A stretch of DNA of 63,452 nucleotides, counting the filler, from Craspedostauros australis (taxonomy: Eukaryota): NCBI GenBank assembly GCA_030167865.1. It is 13 parts of 13 records of this genome, joined end to end, with 100 filler letters (N's around TTAATTAATTAA, not from the genome) between each part and the next. Parts side by side here need not be neighbours in the genome. Positions count along the whole stretch, not along the records: positions 1 to 23,671 come from JALAGF010001699.1; 12 more parts are not named here. One strand, given 5' to 3'. Positions 1 through 11,366 of this stretch are shown here, piece by piece. The notes beneath the pieces were generated by a model that worked only from the letters and a program-made list of their open reading frames with translations, was not told the origin of the DNA and made no database searches. Numbering within the stretch: the stretch's first letter is position 1; every line of letters starts with the position of its first letter. Position numbers and translations under genes: made by a program.

Positions 1-1367
1 ATAAATATACAAAATAACCGTGTCTCCCATATTGGAGCTGGACCTCAACAACTAGCGTTATCGTGGTGCATTTTCTCCCATCCGCTGGCCGGCGCGAAGT
101 GCCAATCGGCAATGACAATTTCCAAAAAGCGCGCGCCTTGGCATTTTTGAAAAAAGTCCAGAGCATCGAGTCTCATCCATGCATGCTGNNNNNNNNNNNN
201 NNNNNNNNNNNNNNNNNNNNNNNNNNNNNNNNNNNNNNNNNNNNNNNNNNNNNNNNNNNNNNNNNCCGTAGTATCGGGCGCCACGTCAGTGGGCGCCCCT
301 AAGTAATCGATTGGCTCACAGCTCTTTTTCGAAACGAGTTTACAGGGGACTTCGGTTACTTCGAAAGGGAGAGAATTACCATGACGAACGCAGGGAACAC
401 AACAACGCCAACTGGATACCCCGTTGCGACACGTTCTCCTGCTGGGGTGGTTTGCCCGCAGACCCGCACCACAAAGATGTCTCTACAACAAAGGGCTTAA
501 CCGAACCCGCCAAGAGAACATCGCCTTTTCGCCGCAGACGTGACAATGACTCTATTCAGTCGTTCTGATTGAATCCATTCAGTCCGGGGCACGTCTCGCT
601 TTCTGATTCACGTATATTTTAGTCCGATGAATCGATTTTCAGTTGGCGTTTGGCGACCGAAGACCCTTGCGCGCGCTTCGCACACAGGATGAAGAAACGC
701 GAGGCGCAGCAAAACAAGGTTGTGACAGAAACAACGAGAACAGCAACCACGACAACATCGCCAGTACCAGCGACCACGAAGACGACAGCATCGCAAACAC
801 GAACAAAAAGCTCCAAACGTTTCGGTACCATTCGTCGTTACCCAAGTCCACCAAACTCAGCACCACCAAGGGTATCGAGTGTGGTTTCTCATCAGCATTC
901 GCACCAGATCAATCAAGAACACAGACATCCACCTCCTTGCACTCGACTATCCATCATCGTTACCGTCATCGTTACCGTCATCGTTATCATCATCCTGCGA
1001 TTGCACGTCCTCTTTCTCTTTCTCTCTCCCATCTTTGTCCATCTTCGTCTCTGAGCGTTTCGGAGCGGCGTGTTTCAATCCCATCCCGAGCGTATCCCGA
1101 ACTTGCCACCTGTCTGTCCTTCAGCAGCCACATCCACACCATCTCCACCATCGTCGGCAAAAGACGGCCGCCAGAGGTCCTTGCTGTGCGAGCTGTTCCA
1201 ATCGCGAAACAACAGACCGCGAACCCGGCCATCACCCTGTTCTTGGTCACAAACGAAGCGACCAAACATCCTGCAATCGCAACGTTGTCACAACATCGTT
1301 ACGACATCATCGCCATAACATTACAATAGCACTCACTCATCACATCGACGTGGACAATCACAACATC

Positions 1368-2321
1368 ATGTTCCCTGGAAAACCGCTGCGTCTGCAAAAC
1401 CCGTCGGTGGCATCTTCTGCGAACAACGCCAATCACAGCGACAACAACAATGGAAAGAAACGGAGACACGCCAACAATGGAGATGTGCACAATGCCTTCG
1501 GAATGTCCGCGTCGGCATGCCCACTGGAATCATCATGCGAATCATCCTTCAAGCGGTTGAAGGTTGGGGATGGTCGGGACTCCGCAGGTGGCAATTTGTG
1601 GGGCTTTGGAGGTCCCACCAGCACGCCTTTTCAGACTGGCGTTGCGCTCAATGCGATCCCGCCACGCCATGTTGAAGGCACCCCACACAACTTTCACAAC
1701 TATTCGCATCATCTGCACAGTCAACAGCATCATCAGGCGCAACAGCAACGACAACAGTGGCAGCTGCAGATGCAGCAACGAGGAATAGCGCCGGTCTCAC
1801 CATTGCACCCGTCAAGTGCGACGTCCCCTAATGCGAACAGCCTGAAGTCAGAAGAGTGGCTCGCGCAGCAGGATCATTCCGGAAAATCCACTCCAACTCA
1901 CAGCAACCTGACACAATCACCTGCAGATGTCAGCAGCAACACTTCCACCAATTACAAGCCAATGAACTCGCTGCTCAAGCAACTGCACATTTCGCGACAT
2001 CAGCACGGCAGCAGGCCGCATGAACATCCGCAAGGACACTACGCGCAATATGGGCACCACGGACAGCAAACTAGCCCAGCATCCCAAAACAATCCACAGC
2101 ACCACAAACAACCGCCGCATGCGCACAGCCAGTATCCACGGACCTTGCAACAGGGTGGGGGGTCTGTCACACGTCAAGTCTCTGCACAAGACGGGGATCA
2201 TCGACGTACCCCGCCTCCAAGCGCAGGCAATCGCAATTCTGCTGAGCAGCATCAACATCAACAGCGCCAACAGTGGAGACCGCACAAGGTGAAGCTCCGA
2301 GTCAACTCGAAGCTAGGCTGA
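1368..2321 (+). CDS. Hypothetical Q/H-rich low-complexity protein with NLS-like basic motifs
   Basis: ORF 879..2321; plausible ATG at 1368 (context aacatcATG); KKRRH and FKRLKV basic motifs; polyQ/H tracts; one short helical-looking motif NYKPMNSLLKQLH. Confidence 0.6.
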   Translation: MFPGKPLRLQNPSVASSANNANHSDNNNGKKRRHANNGDVHNAFGMSASACPLESSCESSFKRLKVGDGRDSAGGNLWGFGGPTSTPFQTGVALNAIPPRHVEGTPHNFHNYSHHLHSQQHHQAQQQRQQWQLQMQQRGIAPVSPLHPSSATSPNANSLKSEEWLAQQDHSGKSTPTHSNLTQSPADVSSNTSTNYKPMNSLLKQLHISRHQHGSRPHEHPQGHYAQYGHHGQQTSPASQNNPQHHKQPPHAHSQYPRTLQQGGGSVTRQVSAQDGDHRRTPPPSAGNRNSAEQHQHQQRQQWRPHKVKLRVNSKLG

Positions 2322-3015
2322 AGCGTCGTTGCATGAGTCGGCGGAGCAAACAATCGGAGTACCACGAGTATGTACCATACCATCCTCCACCAAATAGGAG
2401 GACGCAACTTGCGAGAATAGAATAAACACACTTTTATTCGTCTGCTCGTCTTGGTGCCAACATGTGATTCCCTGATTATGGTACTGCATAATCGCACATT
2501 GATGGGTGCGACCTTGTCCTCCACTTCATTGGTATCGCACTTCGCCATCTCTCCATGGGCTGCTTCACGAAGTGTCCAATCCGCAACAACAGGTCAAGCA
2601 TTCCGTTTCCCATTTTGAGACTATTTCTGTGCGACGCTCACTGCCCAGAAAGGTATCTTTTGTCGACGAAAACGCGAACTTCGCGTCACCAACAGATGTC
2701 AACAAAACGAACGCGTCAGCGATCTCGACCCATCACCCCTGCCATCTCGTCATTCATCATGCGCACATGATCAACACTTCGCTCTCCCTTCTCTTCCGTC
2801 CGGCTGCAGCAACACGCCTCACAAGTATCAGCGGCAACGGTACGAGCAGAACATCACAGACAGCATCGCACAATTCGATTGCCCTCTTGATTTGCACACC
2901 ACATCGCATCGCACCGCATCACATCATACTCTCGTACAGAGAAGCGCTGTACTCAAGTGCATCATCAACCCAAGATACCCATCAAGAAACGCAGATCTCC
3001 ACCGTCCGTCACATC

Positions 3016-4095
3016 ATGTTCCGCCTCCCCGCACGATCGATCGCCCAGCGCTTGGCGCCTCCCGCCATGGACGCGGTCTCATTCCGACCATGGCGGCACG
3101 GCATCGCCATGCGCGCCGAGAACAAGGTACAAGCAACTTGCGCCCGATCTATGAGTGCAATGGTGACGGCAGATGGTCGATCCGTTGCGTCAAGCACGAA
3201 CAAAAGCTCCACCCACGCCCGTGCGTCACGGCCCGTCGCTTTGGGACAAGCACAGCTGCGCTCTTTCTCGACGGGAACCGACGGCGATGTCACCACACCA
3301 ACGCTTCGGCAATCCTACGACAACATTCTGGTGGATCCCCGAAAGGAGGCAGGCGTGGCATTGATCACGCTGAATCGCCCGAAGGCACTGAATGCATTGA
3401 ACGATGCTCTGTTCAGTGACTTGCTGCACGCCACACGAGCCTTGAACGAGGACGAGAGCGTGGGATGCATCGTCCTGACCGGCTCCAGCAAGGCATTTGC
3501 GGCCGGGGCCGATGTTGCGGAGATGGCCGAGCAGGAATACGAGAAGGTGGCCAGCCAGGACATGTTCTCGCAATGGCAGTCCTTGGTGCCCGACTGCAGC
3601 GTGAAGAAGCCCATCATCGCTGCCGTGTCCGGATACTGCCTGGGAGGTGGGTGCGAGCTCGCCATGATGTGCGACATCATGGTCTGCAGCGAATCCGCCA
3701 AGTTCGGGCAGCCAGAGATCAACCTGGGCATCATCCCAGGTGCTGGTGGCACGCAGCGTCTCACGCATGCGGTCGGAAAATCCAAGGCCATGCTGTGGAC
3801 CTTGGCGGGCGACTTTTGGTCCGCCGACGAGGCCTACCAAAGTGGTTTGGCCGCCAAGGTGTTCCCCGACGAGGATCTCGTGGAGGAATCCATCAAGATC
3901 GCATCCAAAATTGCGAGCAAGGGACGTTTGAGCGTGCGATTCTGCAAAGAGGCGGTCAACGCATCGCAAGAACTGTCGCTGGCGGAAGGACTCCGGTTGG
4001 AACGGCGTCTCTTCCATTCGTTGTTTGCCACCGCAGATCGGAAGGAGGGCATGGGTGCCTTCGTCGAGAAGCGCGAGCCCAACTTCAACAGGTAG
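3016..4095 (+). CDS. ECHS1: Mitochondrial-type short-chain enoyl-CoA hydratase (crotonase family)
   Basis: ITLNRPKALNAL, AFAAGADV, GGGCELAMMCD, FGQPEINLGIIPGAGGTQRL, EGMGAFVEKREPNF; R/S/A-rich N-terminus from ATG 3016 resembles a transit peptide. The last codons (AG/GTAGG) may be a splice donor rather than the true stop. Confidence 0.93.
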   Translation: MFRLPARSIAQRLAPPAMDAVSFRPWRHGIAMRAENKVQATCARSMSAMVTADGRSVASSTNKSSTHARASRPVALGQAQLRSFSTGTDGDVTTPTLRQSYDNILVDPRKEAGVALITLNRPKALNALNDALFSDLLHATRALNEDESVGCIVLTGSSKAFAAGADVAEMAEQEYEKVASQDMFSQWQSLVPDCSVKKPIIAAVSGYCLGGGCELAMMCDIMVCSESAKFGQPEINLGIIPGAGGTQRLTHAVGKSKAMLWTLAGDFWSADEAYQSGLAAKVFPDEDLVEESIKIASKIASKGRLSVRFCKEAVNASQELSLAEGLRLERRLFHSLFATADRKEGMGAFVEKREPNFNR

Positions 4096-4629
4096 GAATG
4101 GGCACGACGCACAAGTACCACGCAACTACGCCGGTAAATCATACTCATACTCATACCATACTAATACATATATTATTATGCACAACTTCGATACCTCCAC
4201 ACTCCTATGAGCAGAATAGCAGAGCCTCCAGAAAAGATATGTCGAAGGCATTCTCTTGTATTATATGAATGACACGGCACGGCATTGCACCAAGAGCAGG
4301 TCGTATTCTCGTGTACGGCAGGACTTTGTTCAAAGCAACGTTTCGAGCGTGGCAAGGAAAGACAGCACAACAGGTCATGTCCACCAGACAGTTGCGACAT
4401 CGGGCTGCTGTGGTGTCGCGAAGCGCTGAGCGTGCTCTTGGTCTGTCGATCGCAAGGGTTTGCATTGGCACTTGCAGATCTCCTGCATCGAGTGGTTTGG
4501 TCTGACATGCTCGCCTTCGCTTCGCTCGGTATGGTAGGTACAGCCATCAAATTCCAACCCTGTCTGCAGACCGGATCTTGTGGTGGTGAGCAACTCCAAA
4601 TCATTGACGCTATTCCACCTCTCTAGCAC

Positions 4630-4668
4630 CACGTCTCACCTCACGTCTCACCTCACGTCTCAACCTCC
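4630..4668. repeat. 12-bp tandem repeat (CACGTCTCACCT) x3
   Basis: Directly visible. Confidence 0.8.
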
Positions 4669-5790
4669 CCTGTCTGATCCTGGGTTGCTTCTGGTTGAGG
4701 GTGCTGTATGCCTGTACCTCTTTGGGCTGGTTGATGCTGTCCTCTTGGTGACCGCAACTATTTTGCTCCAGCTTCTCTCACGTCTCGATAGTAGTTCGTG
4801 CCCACGGATCATACTCATCCGAACAAAATCCGATCACCTTCTTCGCCACCTTGTGCCATTTTGTGATGAGCCATTTCGAATTTGTTCATCAGTCGGGACC
4901 CAATGTCTGCGTTCTGACAGGTTCTTATTTTGATTATGTGACAAGGAAGCTAAGCGAATGGCCCCGACACGAGAGCCTTGGCAGATACACCGGCTGAATC
5001 CGCGATTGGCTACGAACCCAATCAGACGTGTCCCCAAGATGTTGCCAATACCGTGGTTGCGCTTTGTGCACTTTTGGAAACATTGTGAGCAGGATGCAGA
5101 AAACGGTACTGTCGCAGATTGCAACAAGACATCGCTGTGACGTCGTAGTGTACACGATCCATATGTATTGAAGGCCTTCGTCCACCTAACAACTTGTCGC
5201 AGATTGAACTTGATGACCCAAATAATGCACAACACATTGCTTGGGTTTCCCACAAGTTGGCCCAATCCAGCACGGAGCATGAAGCGAGACCCACATCTAT
5301 GCATGAATTGCCTGTCCCGTCTTTGTGCCGCGGCCGCTGTGTTCGTCGTCTTTTTTGTTCGTTCGTTCCCTCGTGTACGAGTACGTTCGTCCTCGTGTTG
5401 CCCCACGCGTGTTGTGTGTGGTAGTTTTGCGCAAAGAACTCAGGGTTGGTCGTGCCACGACGAACATCACGCGCATTGGCAGTCAACGAGAGAGCGCTGC
5501 GAGCATCACCTCATCTCACTTCATTCCACAAGACGTCCACAAGACTTCGACAAGACCTCCGCAGTCCTACATACCACATTGATTCACAGATACTCACAAC
5601 GTACCAACCAGACATCCATACCAACGCATACGAGTGCTCTGGAGCGCATCAATACAATTCGACACAATTCAACACATCCACATTGTTCACTCCCCCTCCA
5701 GCCGGAGGACGTCCACAAACTGATCGGTAGTATCACCACAACCCATCACAACATACCACAATATACCACAACTACAATCACAACTACAAC

Positions 5791-6783
5791 ATGGACTCCG
5801 TATCTCAAATAGCCGTGCTGAGCAGCAGCTCCATCCAATACCTCGAGAAGGGAGATCAGCAGACTGCCATCGATGGTTTCTCGCATGCCCTCAAGCTCTC
5901 CAAGCAATGGCTCGATCGTGTGGAGCGAGAGATCGACGCGCACTACTCGAACGACCAACATGACGACCTCGGCATGGACGACAGCGAATGCGACAGCTTC
6001 GATGAACGCGGTGAGCCAACATCGTGCTGCACTCCTGTCCTGCGACTGGATCAGTGCATGGCCTCCTTCAAGCTCCCGCAGCTCTCCGCGGCCACTGCCA
6101 ACGATGGCATCCACATGTACAACCAGCCAATCCGCCTTCCGGTCTCCTTCTTCGCCAAGCTGCGCCATCAGCACGAGCAGCAATGCACCGACAGCCAGTC
6201 CACGCTCCGCAGCCTCTACAGCATGAAGAAGAACGCTGTCATCATGTGCGCCACGTCCATGTTCAACCTCGCTCTGTCATGCCAGCTCTCCGCGAGGAGG
6301 ATACGCCAGCAACTGCAGCACCACCACCACCAACAACAGCACCAGCAGCAGCAGCAAGCCCAGTTCATTCACATGTACACATCTCTCCTCCAAAAGGCGG
6401 CGCACCTGTACGAATGGTCCTACCAACTGCTGGTGTCCGAGCGCATGGAGAACAGCGGCATGATCGTCTACACTCTCGCCACCATGAACAACCTGGGCTG
6501 GATTCAGCAATCGTTGGGACGTTACGAGCAATCCCACGGCAGCTTCCAGAACGTGCTCTCCACCCTCGTCTTCCTCGTCGATCAGCACCAGATGCGCCAC
6601 CAGCAGAGCAGCGGCACTGACAGCAGCACCGTCGCCTACCAACCGCGTTCGACTCATCCGCAGCAACAGCCCAGCACCCGCTCCAAGTCCAACGGGGCCG
6701 GCGCTCTGTCACGCAAGCTGGATGGTTTCTGGTGCAACACCTCGCATCTTATCCTCAGACACACAGGAGCACCGGCAGCCTAA
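5791..6783 (+). CDS. TPR-like helical protein of a diatom-type multigene family
   Basis: 330-aa ORF with strong C-ending codon bias; motifs LDQCM, MYNQPIRLP, MFNLALSCQL, LYEWSY, ATMNNLG, C-terminal APAA, all shared with 14094..14915. Confidence 0.8.
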   Translation: MDSVSQIAVLSSSSIQYLEKGDQQTAIDGFSHALKLSKQWLDRVEREIDAHYSNDQHDDLGMDDSECDSFDERGEPTSCCTPVLRLDQCMASFKLPQLSAATANDGIHMYNQPIRLPVSFFAKLRHQHEQQCTDSQSTLRSLYSMKKNAVIMCATSMFNLALSCQLSARRIRQQLQHHHHQQQHQQQQQAQFIHMYTSLLQKAAHLYEWSYQLLVSERMENSGMIVYTLATMNNLGWIQQSLGRYEQSHGSFQNVLSTLVFLVDQHQMRHQQSSGTDSSTVAYQPRSTHPQQQPSTRSKSNGAGALSRKLDGFWCNTSHLILRHTGAPAA

Positions 6784-7806
6784 ACTTAGACCATCATAGA
6801 TGCATCACAGATGCTAGCACCATACTATCCTATGTTTGTAAGCGCGTCGTATCATACAAACCACGACAATCTCTAACAGTCTCCATTGCCACACTTCACA
6901 TTCATCTGGAACATATAGTATGCATACAGAACTAGAGTATGTACCTACATGGACACGATGTCAGCAACGGCCCGTATCCTGATTCAACCTCGCAGGAATC
7001 CATGTGCGCAGTGGCGTTGCATTCCAGACTCTTCTTCGGGACACACCGACAACTCACATGCGCCTCGACTAGAGAGAGAGAGCACATACTCTTACTCTTA
7101 CTCTTGCTCTTATTATGATATCCAATGCTGTCCACGCCAACCTGCACTAATACAGCAACGAAGGCAAGCCGGAGACACAATAGGCACCGCCGGTGCATTG
7201 CGAACCAGCACAATGGTTCGCCATACGAGAGGTGGCGCGGGATGTTGGACTTCTATGGTGATAACATTCTAGTACATACTCAACCACTAGCTCCATTGGC
7301 ACCCACATACTCAAGTATAGCCGACGATGACTGTTCACTTTTTGCCGCGACATCGTGCTCGTATCTCCATTCCTCTCACAGATGTTGGGCTTTGCGGTGC
7401 ACGCAAAATGTGACCAGTCGACAAATACTTCGAGAGAACCCGCACTCTCCACACCAAAGAGGAAAGCGTCGTGAGCAACGCATCGAACCATCCATTTTGT
7501 CGCGAACAGTCCGCTTCATCAGACGCTTTCAAGTCAACGTGACCAAACTAAGAGCACACTGTACTGTAATCTTACGAATAGACAAATGCAATGCATACGA
7601 GTTATGTGCGCAATATTGTCTAATACAATCGTAGACCGAAAGATCTGTCTCTAACGTTCTCTCAGTTCAAGGGCGACGCGGCTGGGTGTCCGAGTCGGTT
7701 CCGCACCGCTTCGCATGACTGCACCTCCATGGCATCGAATCGTGCGAGGGTCCTCAAACCCCGCTACGTAAGTTCGTGCAGTATCGAGTCGCAGCGCGTT
7801 GCCGTC

Positions 7807-9224
7807 CTACTGCATCGCAAAGATGCGACTATCGACCATGTACGGCGAGTCGGCAAAGATCGTGAGATCGCCGCTGTCTTTGCCAGGGACGGGAAAGACC
7901 CGCAGGCTCAGACTCTTGTCCCAGCGGCTCGCAATGCCGCTGACGTCCAGAATGAGACCGGTGACCTCCTGGACCGTGCAGTTGCCAGGGACCGGCACGG
8001 TGTCTACGCCCACACCGCAGACGCTGCTGATGCTCAGCAGATCCGTGATACGCAGCTGGCGGTTGGGTGCCTTCGATGCCAGTTCTGCCAACCTCCTATC
8101 TTCGCACACCGGAAGCATGAGTCCGCAGTACCCGGTTCTCCGAATGTCGGGGAGCGACTGAAGGGCTTTTGTCAGCTCTGCCGCCACGCCCAACGTCCCC
8201 GGTCCACCGAACTCGGCCAGTTCATCCAGCTGTTCCATGGCAGCAGCGATGGAACCGTCTTCGGGGTTCAAGGATGGGTTGAGGGAAGTATCCATGCCCA
8301 AATAAATCCACCGCTTGAAGTGGGAGCCGCCGCTGCCGTCGTCTTTGTCCCACAGTGACTCCCTCTCCTTCACGATCTCCAAGCAAGCATCTTGAACCGG
8401 TCGGACCCTCTCGGCGAAGCCATTGCGGAAGGTTGTTGGGATCGCACCTATGGATCCGCACTTCTTGAGAAGCTCGGTCGTGAGGTTCCCATTCTCCAGA
8501 CCGATGGCAAAGCCGATGGTGGAAGCATCGTGCACGGCGTTGCTGCAGCTTTTGGCGGCGGGAAAGAATGGAATATATGGCCGGCATGATGCGGCTGCGC
8601 AGAAGCGGAAGTTGCCAAGTCCATTCTGAACGAAGGAAGGCGGTGATGGTGACGATGATGCTGCTGCAGCTGCATCGTCCTTTCTGGATTTCTGCTGTTC
8701 GCCCATCGATGCGATATGCAAGATGGTACGCGCCGTCGCTTTGGCCCGATCCAGCATGGTGCTGCCATCGGACACAACGCTGGGGCATTGATCCCCGCAA
8801 TGCTCGGAGATGGGTGCTGAACAAGAGAAGTGCTGCGAAGACCGCACGATCATGGGACAGATGGTCTCGATTTCATGAACCGAGGATGCCGGCCCGAACG
8901 AGAAGAACTCGATGTCGCACTGCTCCAACGTCACGGCCAAGCGATCGAGGATGCTCTGGATGACATCCAACCCGCGTTGGGAACCGTCAGGTGACATGGT
9001 GAGCCACTCGTGGAAAGCATTTGTTGCGATGCGGAGGGTCTGCACGACGTGCCCCTGCGCTGTGAGCTTCGCCTGCACTGCGTGCACAAGCTCTGAGCAC
9101 ATCTGGATGCGCTGAGACAGAGCGGATGCGGTTCCTTGTCCATCTGGTTCGGCATCTTGAGATTGCAGGTTGAGGAATGCTGTAACCGCACGCACCGTGA
9201 CCAGTGGCGATCCTTGTCCCCCTG

Positions 9225-9257
<33 letters not shown>

Positions 9258-9267
9258 AGTGCGCCAT
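7807..9267 (-). CDS. DUF711 / UPF0210-like protein
   Basis: VRAVTAF, VQTLRIATNAF, NFRFCAAA, IPFFPAA, YLGMDTSLNP, GYCGLMLPVCED, SSVCGVGVDTVPVPG match DUF711 family motifs. Confidence 0.85.
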
Positions 9268-10145
9268 TGCTACGGGTACGTTCGTTACAGTTGCGTCTGC
9301 TGCTGGCTGGTTATCTCCCAGTGATTGATTGATGGGAAGTAGAGGCAGGGATGCCCACTGCTGCTCTTGTCACGATCGATCGATTGATGGGTTTATGGAG
9401 AGGGCGGACTTCGAAAGAGTCAAAGAAACAACGCTCAAGACGTGACAGTGAGGGAGCGAGGGAGTGATGCTGAAAGCATTCGTATGTAGAGTATGACTCC
9501 TTCTGATGCGATGTGATGTGATGTGATGTGCCGGTCGATCGATGGCTTCTGCTTCTGTGGGCAGTTTGGTTGGTGAAGATCGTGCCGCCAGTGATGGGCG
9601 AGTTCGCAGATTCCCATGGTCAGGCGGGATTGACCATTCGTTCATGACGTCAACGAGTTAAATAGAGTGTCCTAATACGCCAATTTATTAAAAGTCCAAT
9701 TCTGTCCGTGTTTGTAGTCGACTGATTCGTAATTCGCACGAACAAAATTGAACCAAGCGGTCCTCATCAGTCTGTCCTTTGTCCTCCATGACGTTATATA
9801 CGACACATTCAAATGTTTGATATTGTCCGTTTGTGAGTTTGCTTGTTCGTCATTGTCACAGACAAAACGAAACGAAATGACCATCACAACAACGACAACG
9901 ACACCTCCTCCACATCAAATCAAATCAAGTTGTACAAAGCAGACCAGAGCACAACAGGGCAGCATAACAATAGGTATATCCTTCCCGCACCCTGATTACA
10001 ATCCACCAGCAAGCACAGATCGGGACATTCGAGGGAGGCTGGTATCCATCGGCATGCTCTGTGTTCATGCTGAGATACGCGCACTCCATCGACTCCTTCA
10101 ATTCACGGAGAGATCTTCGATGTGACTGTTGAATCGATCACAAAA

Positions 10146-11366
10146 ATGAACGATCCGTATCGACGGAAACCGACAGCAGGAGCCTTGGTGAGGCTGCTCC
10201 TCTTGGCATGCCTCGTTCTATCTGTTGGATTGATTTGGCTGAGCCTCATCCAACGCCCAAATGAAGGCCTCCAACTTTCGCAAGGGATCGGTGGATTTGA
10301 GGATCAAGCAGAGGGGATGGATGCCGCAGGCTTGGCTTCTTCTTCGACAATAGCAGAGGAGCATGCTGGCAACGATGGAAGCAACAGCATCAATGGAAAC
10401 TCCGACCAGCACGACGCCAGCGTGAGACAACCATCTGAAGCCTCTGAGTCGTCGACGACAGTGCAGTGCAGCGGCAAGCCAAGAGAGCACAAGATTCCAA
10501 TCTGCTTCGTCACGGCGTCCTTCTTCGAATGGGCGAAGTTCGCGGATAGATTGCAAAACGTGACGAGGTTATTTCAGGACATCGCGGTGACCAACAACGA
10601 CGATGCTGCTGCTGCTAACATGAAGGCCAACAATGATGACATGGAAGAATGTCACAATCTCTTGAACATGAAGTTCTTCGTGTTCACGAACTTGCCACGA
10701 CTGCCGGCGCCTGGATGGAGGAGGATCGTTCAGAGCCTGTCGGAGCGCAACTATACAAGGATGATCACGCATTCCAGATGGCCCAAGTTCATGGGCTGGC
10801 AGCATCCCACCATCCAGAAGGAATGCTCCGTCGTCTTCTACATGGACGCCATCGCTGATCTGATCGCCAAGCCCAGCGCGTACCAGCGCATGGCACAGCG
10901 CATCCTGCAATCCGATGTCGGTCTGTCGCAGTACCTGCATCGCGGAGGCGGCGGGCCCGCCAAGGAGTTCCGCCGCGTGCTGTATGCCAAGAAGGATCTG
11001 CCCGAGCACGTCAACGCATCGCTCGCGTGGCTTGCGGCACAGCCGGATTACTCTGGCAACTGCACTCTGTACGAGAATCGGTACTTCGGATACAACGTCC
11101 AGTCGCAGCGCTTCCGAGAGGTATCCACTTTCTTTTGGGACAGGTACTCCAGGGAGGTCGACAGCTGGCGAGATCAGCCGCTGTGGTGCTACGCGTTGGA
11201 GCATTTCCAAATCACTCCGCTTCCGTTGCACCACGAACAGCTATTTTCGATGGATGTGCGGCGCATGGGAAAGAAGAAGCACAAGTACGGCGAGGAGAGC
11301 ATTGACAATGCCATCCAAGTCCAAGAAAGGCGCAACCGCAGATTCATCGAGCGACCCGATGGATGA
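10146..11366 (+). CDS. Type II membrane glycosyltransferase-like protein (DUF616/TOD1-MUCI70-like)
   Basis: N-terminal TM helix (LLLLACLVLSVGLIWLSLI), S-rich stem, FFVFTN, SRWPKF, FYMDA, WRDQPLWCYAL. Confidence 0.7.
   Translation: MNDPYRRKPTAGALVRLLLLACLVLSVGLIWLSLIQRPNEGLQLSQGIGGFEDQAEGMDAAGLASSSTIAEEHAGNDGSNSINGNSDQHDASVRQPSEASESSTTVQCSGKPREHKIPICFVTASFFEWAKFADRLQNVTRLFQDIAVTNNDDAAAANMKANNDDMEECHNLLNMKFFVFTNLPRLPAPGWRRIVQSLSERNYTRMITHSRWPKFMGWQHPTIQKECSVVFYMDAIADLIAKPSAYQRMAQRILQSDVGLSQYLHRGGGGPAKEFRRVLYAKKDLPEHVNASLAWLAAQPDYSGNCTLYENRYFGYNVQSQRFREVSTFFWDRYSREVDSWRDQPLWCYALEHFQITPLPLHHEQLFSMDVRRMGKKKHKYGEESIDNAIQVQERRNRRFIERPDG

Noticed and set aside
4680..5000. Possible decayed coding or LTR remnant next to the 12-bp tandem repeat
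   Set aside because: No recognisable motif and stops in all minus frames; cannot be supported.
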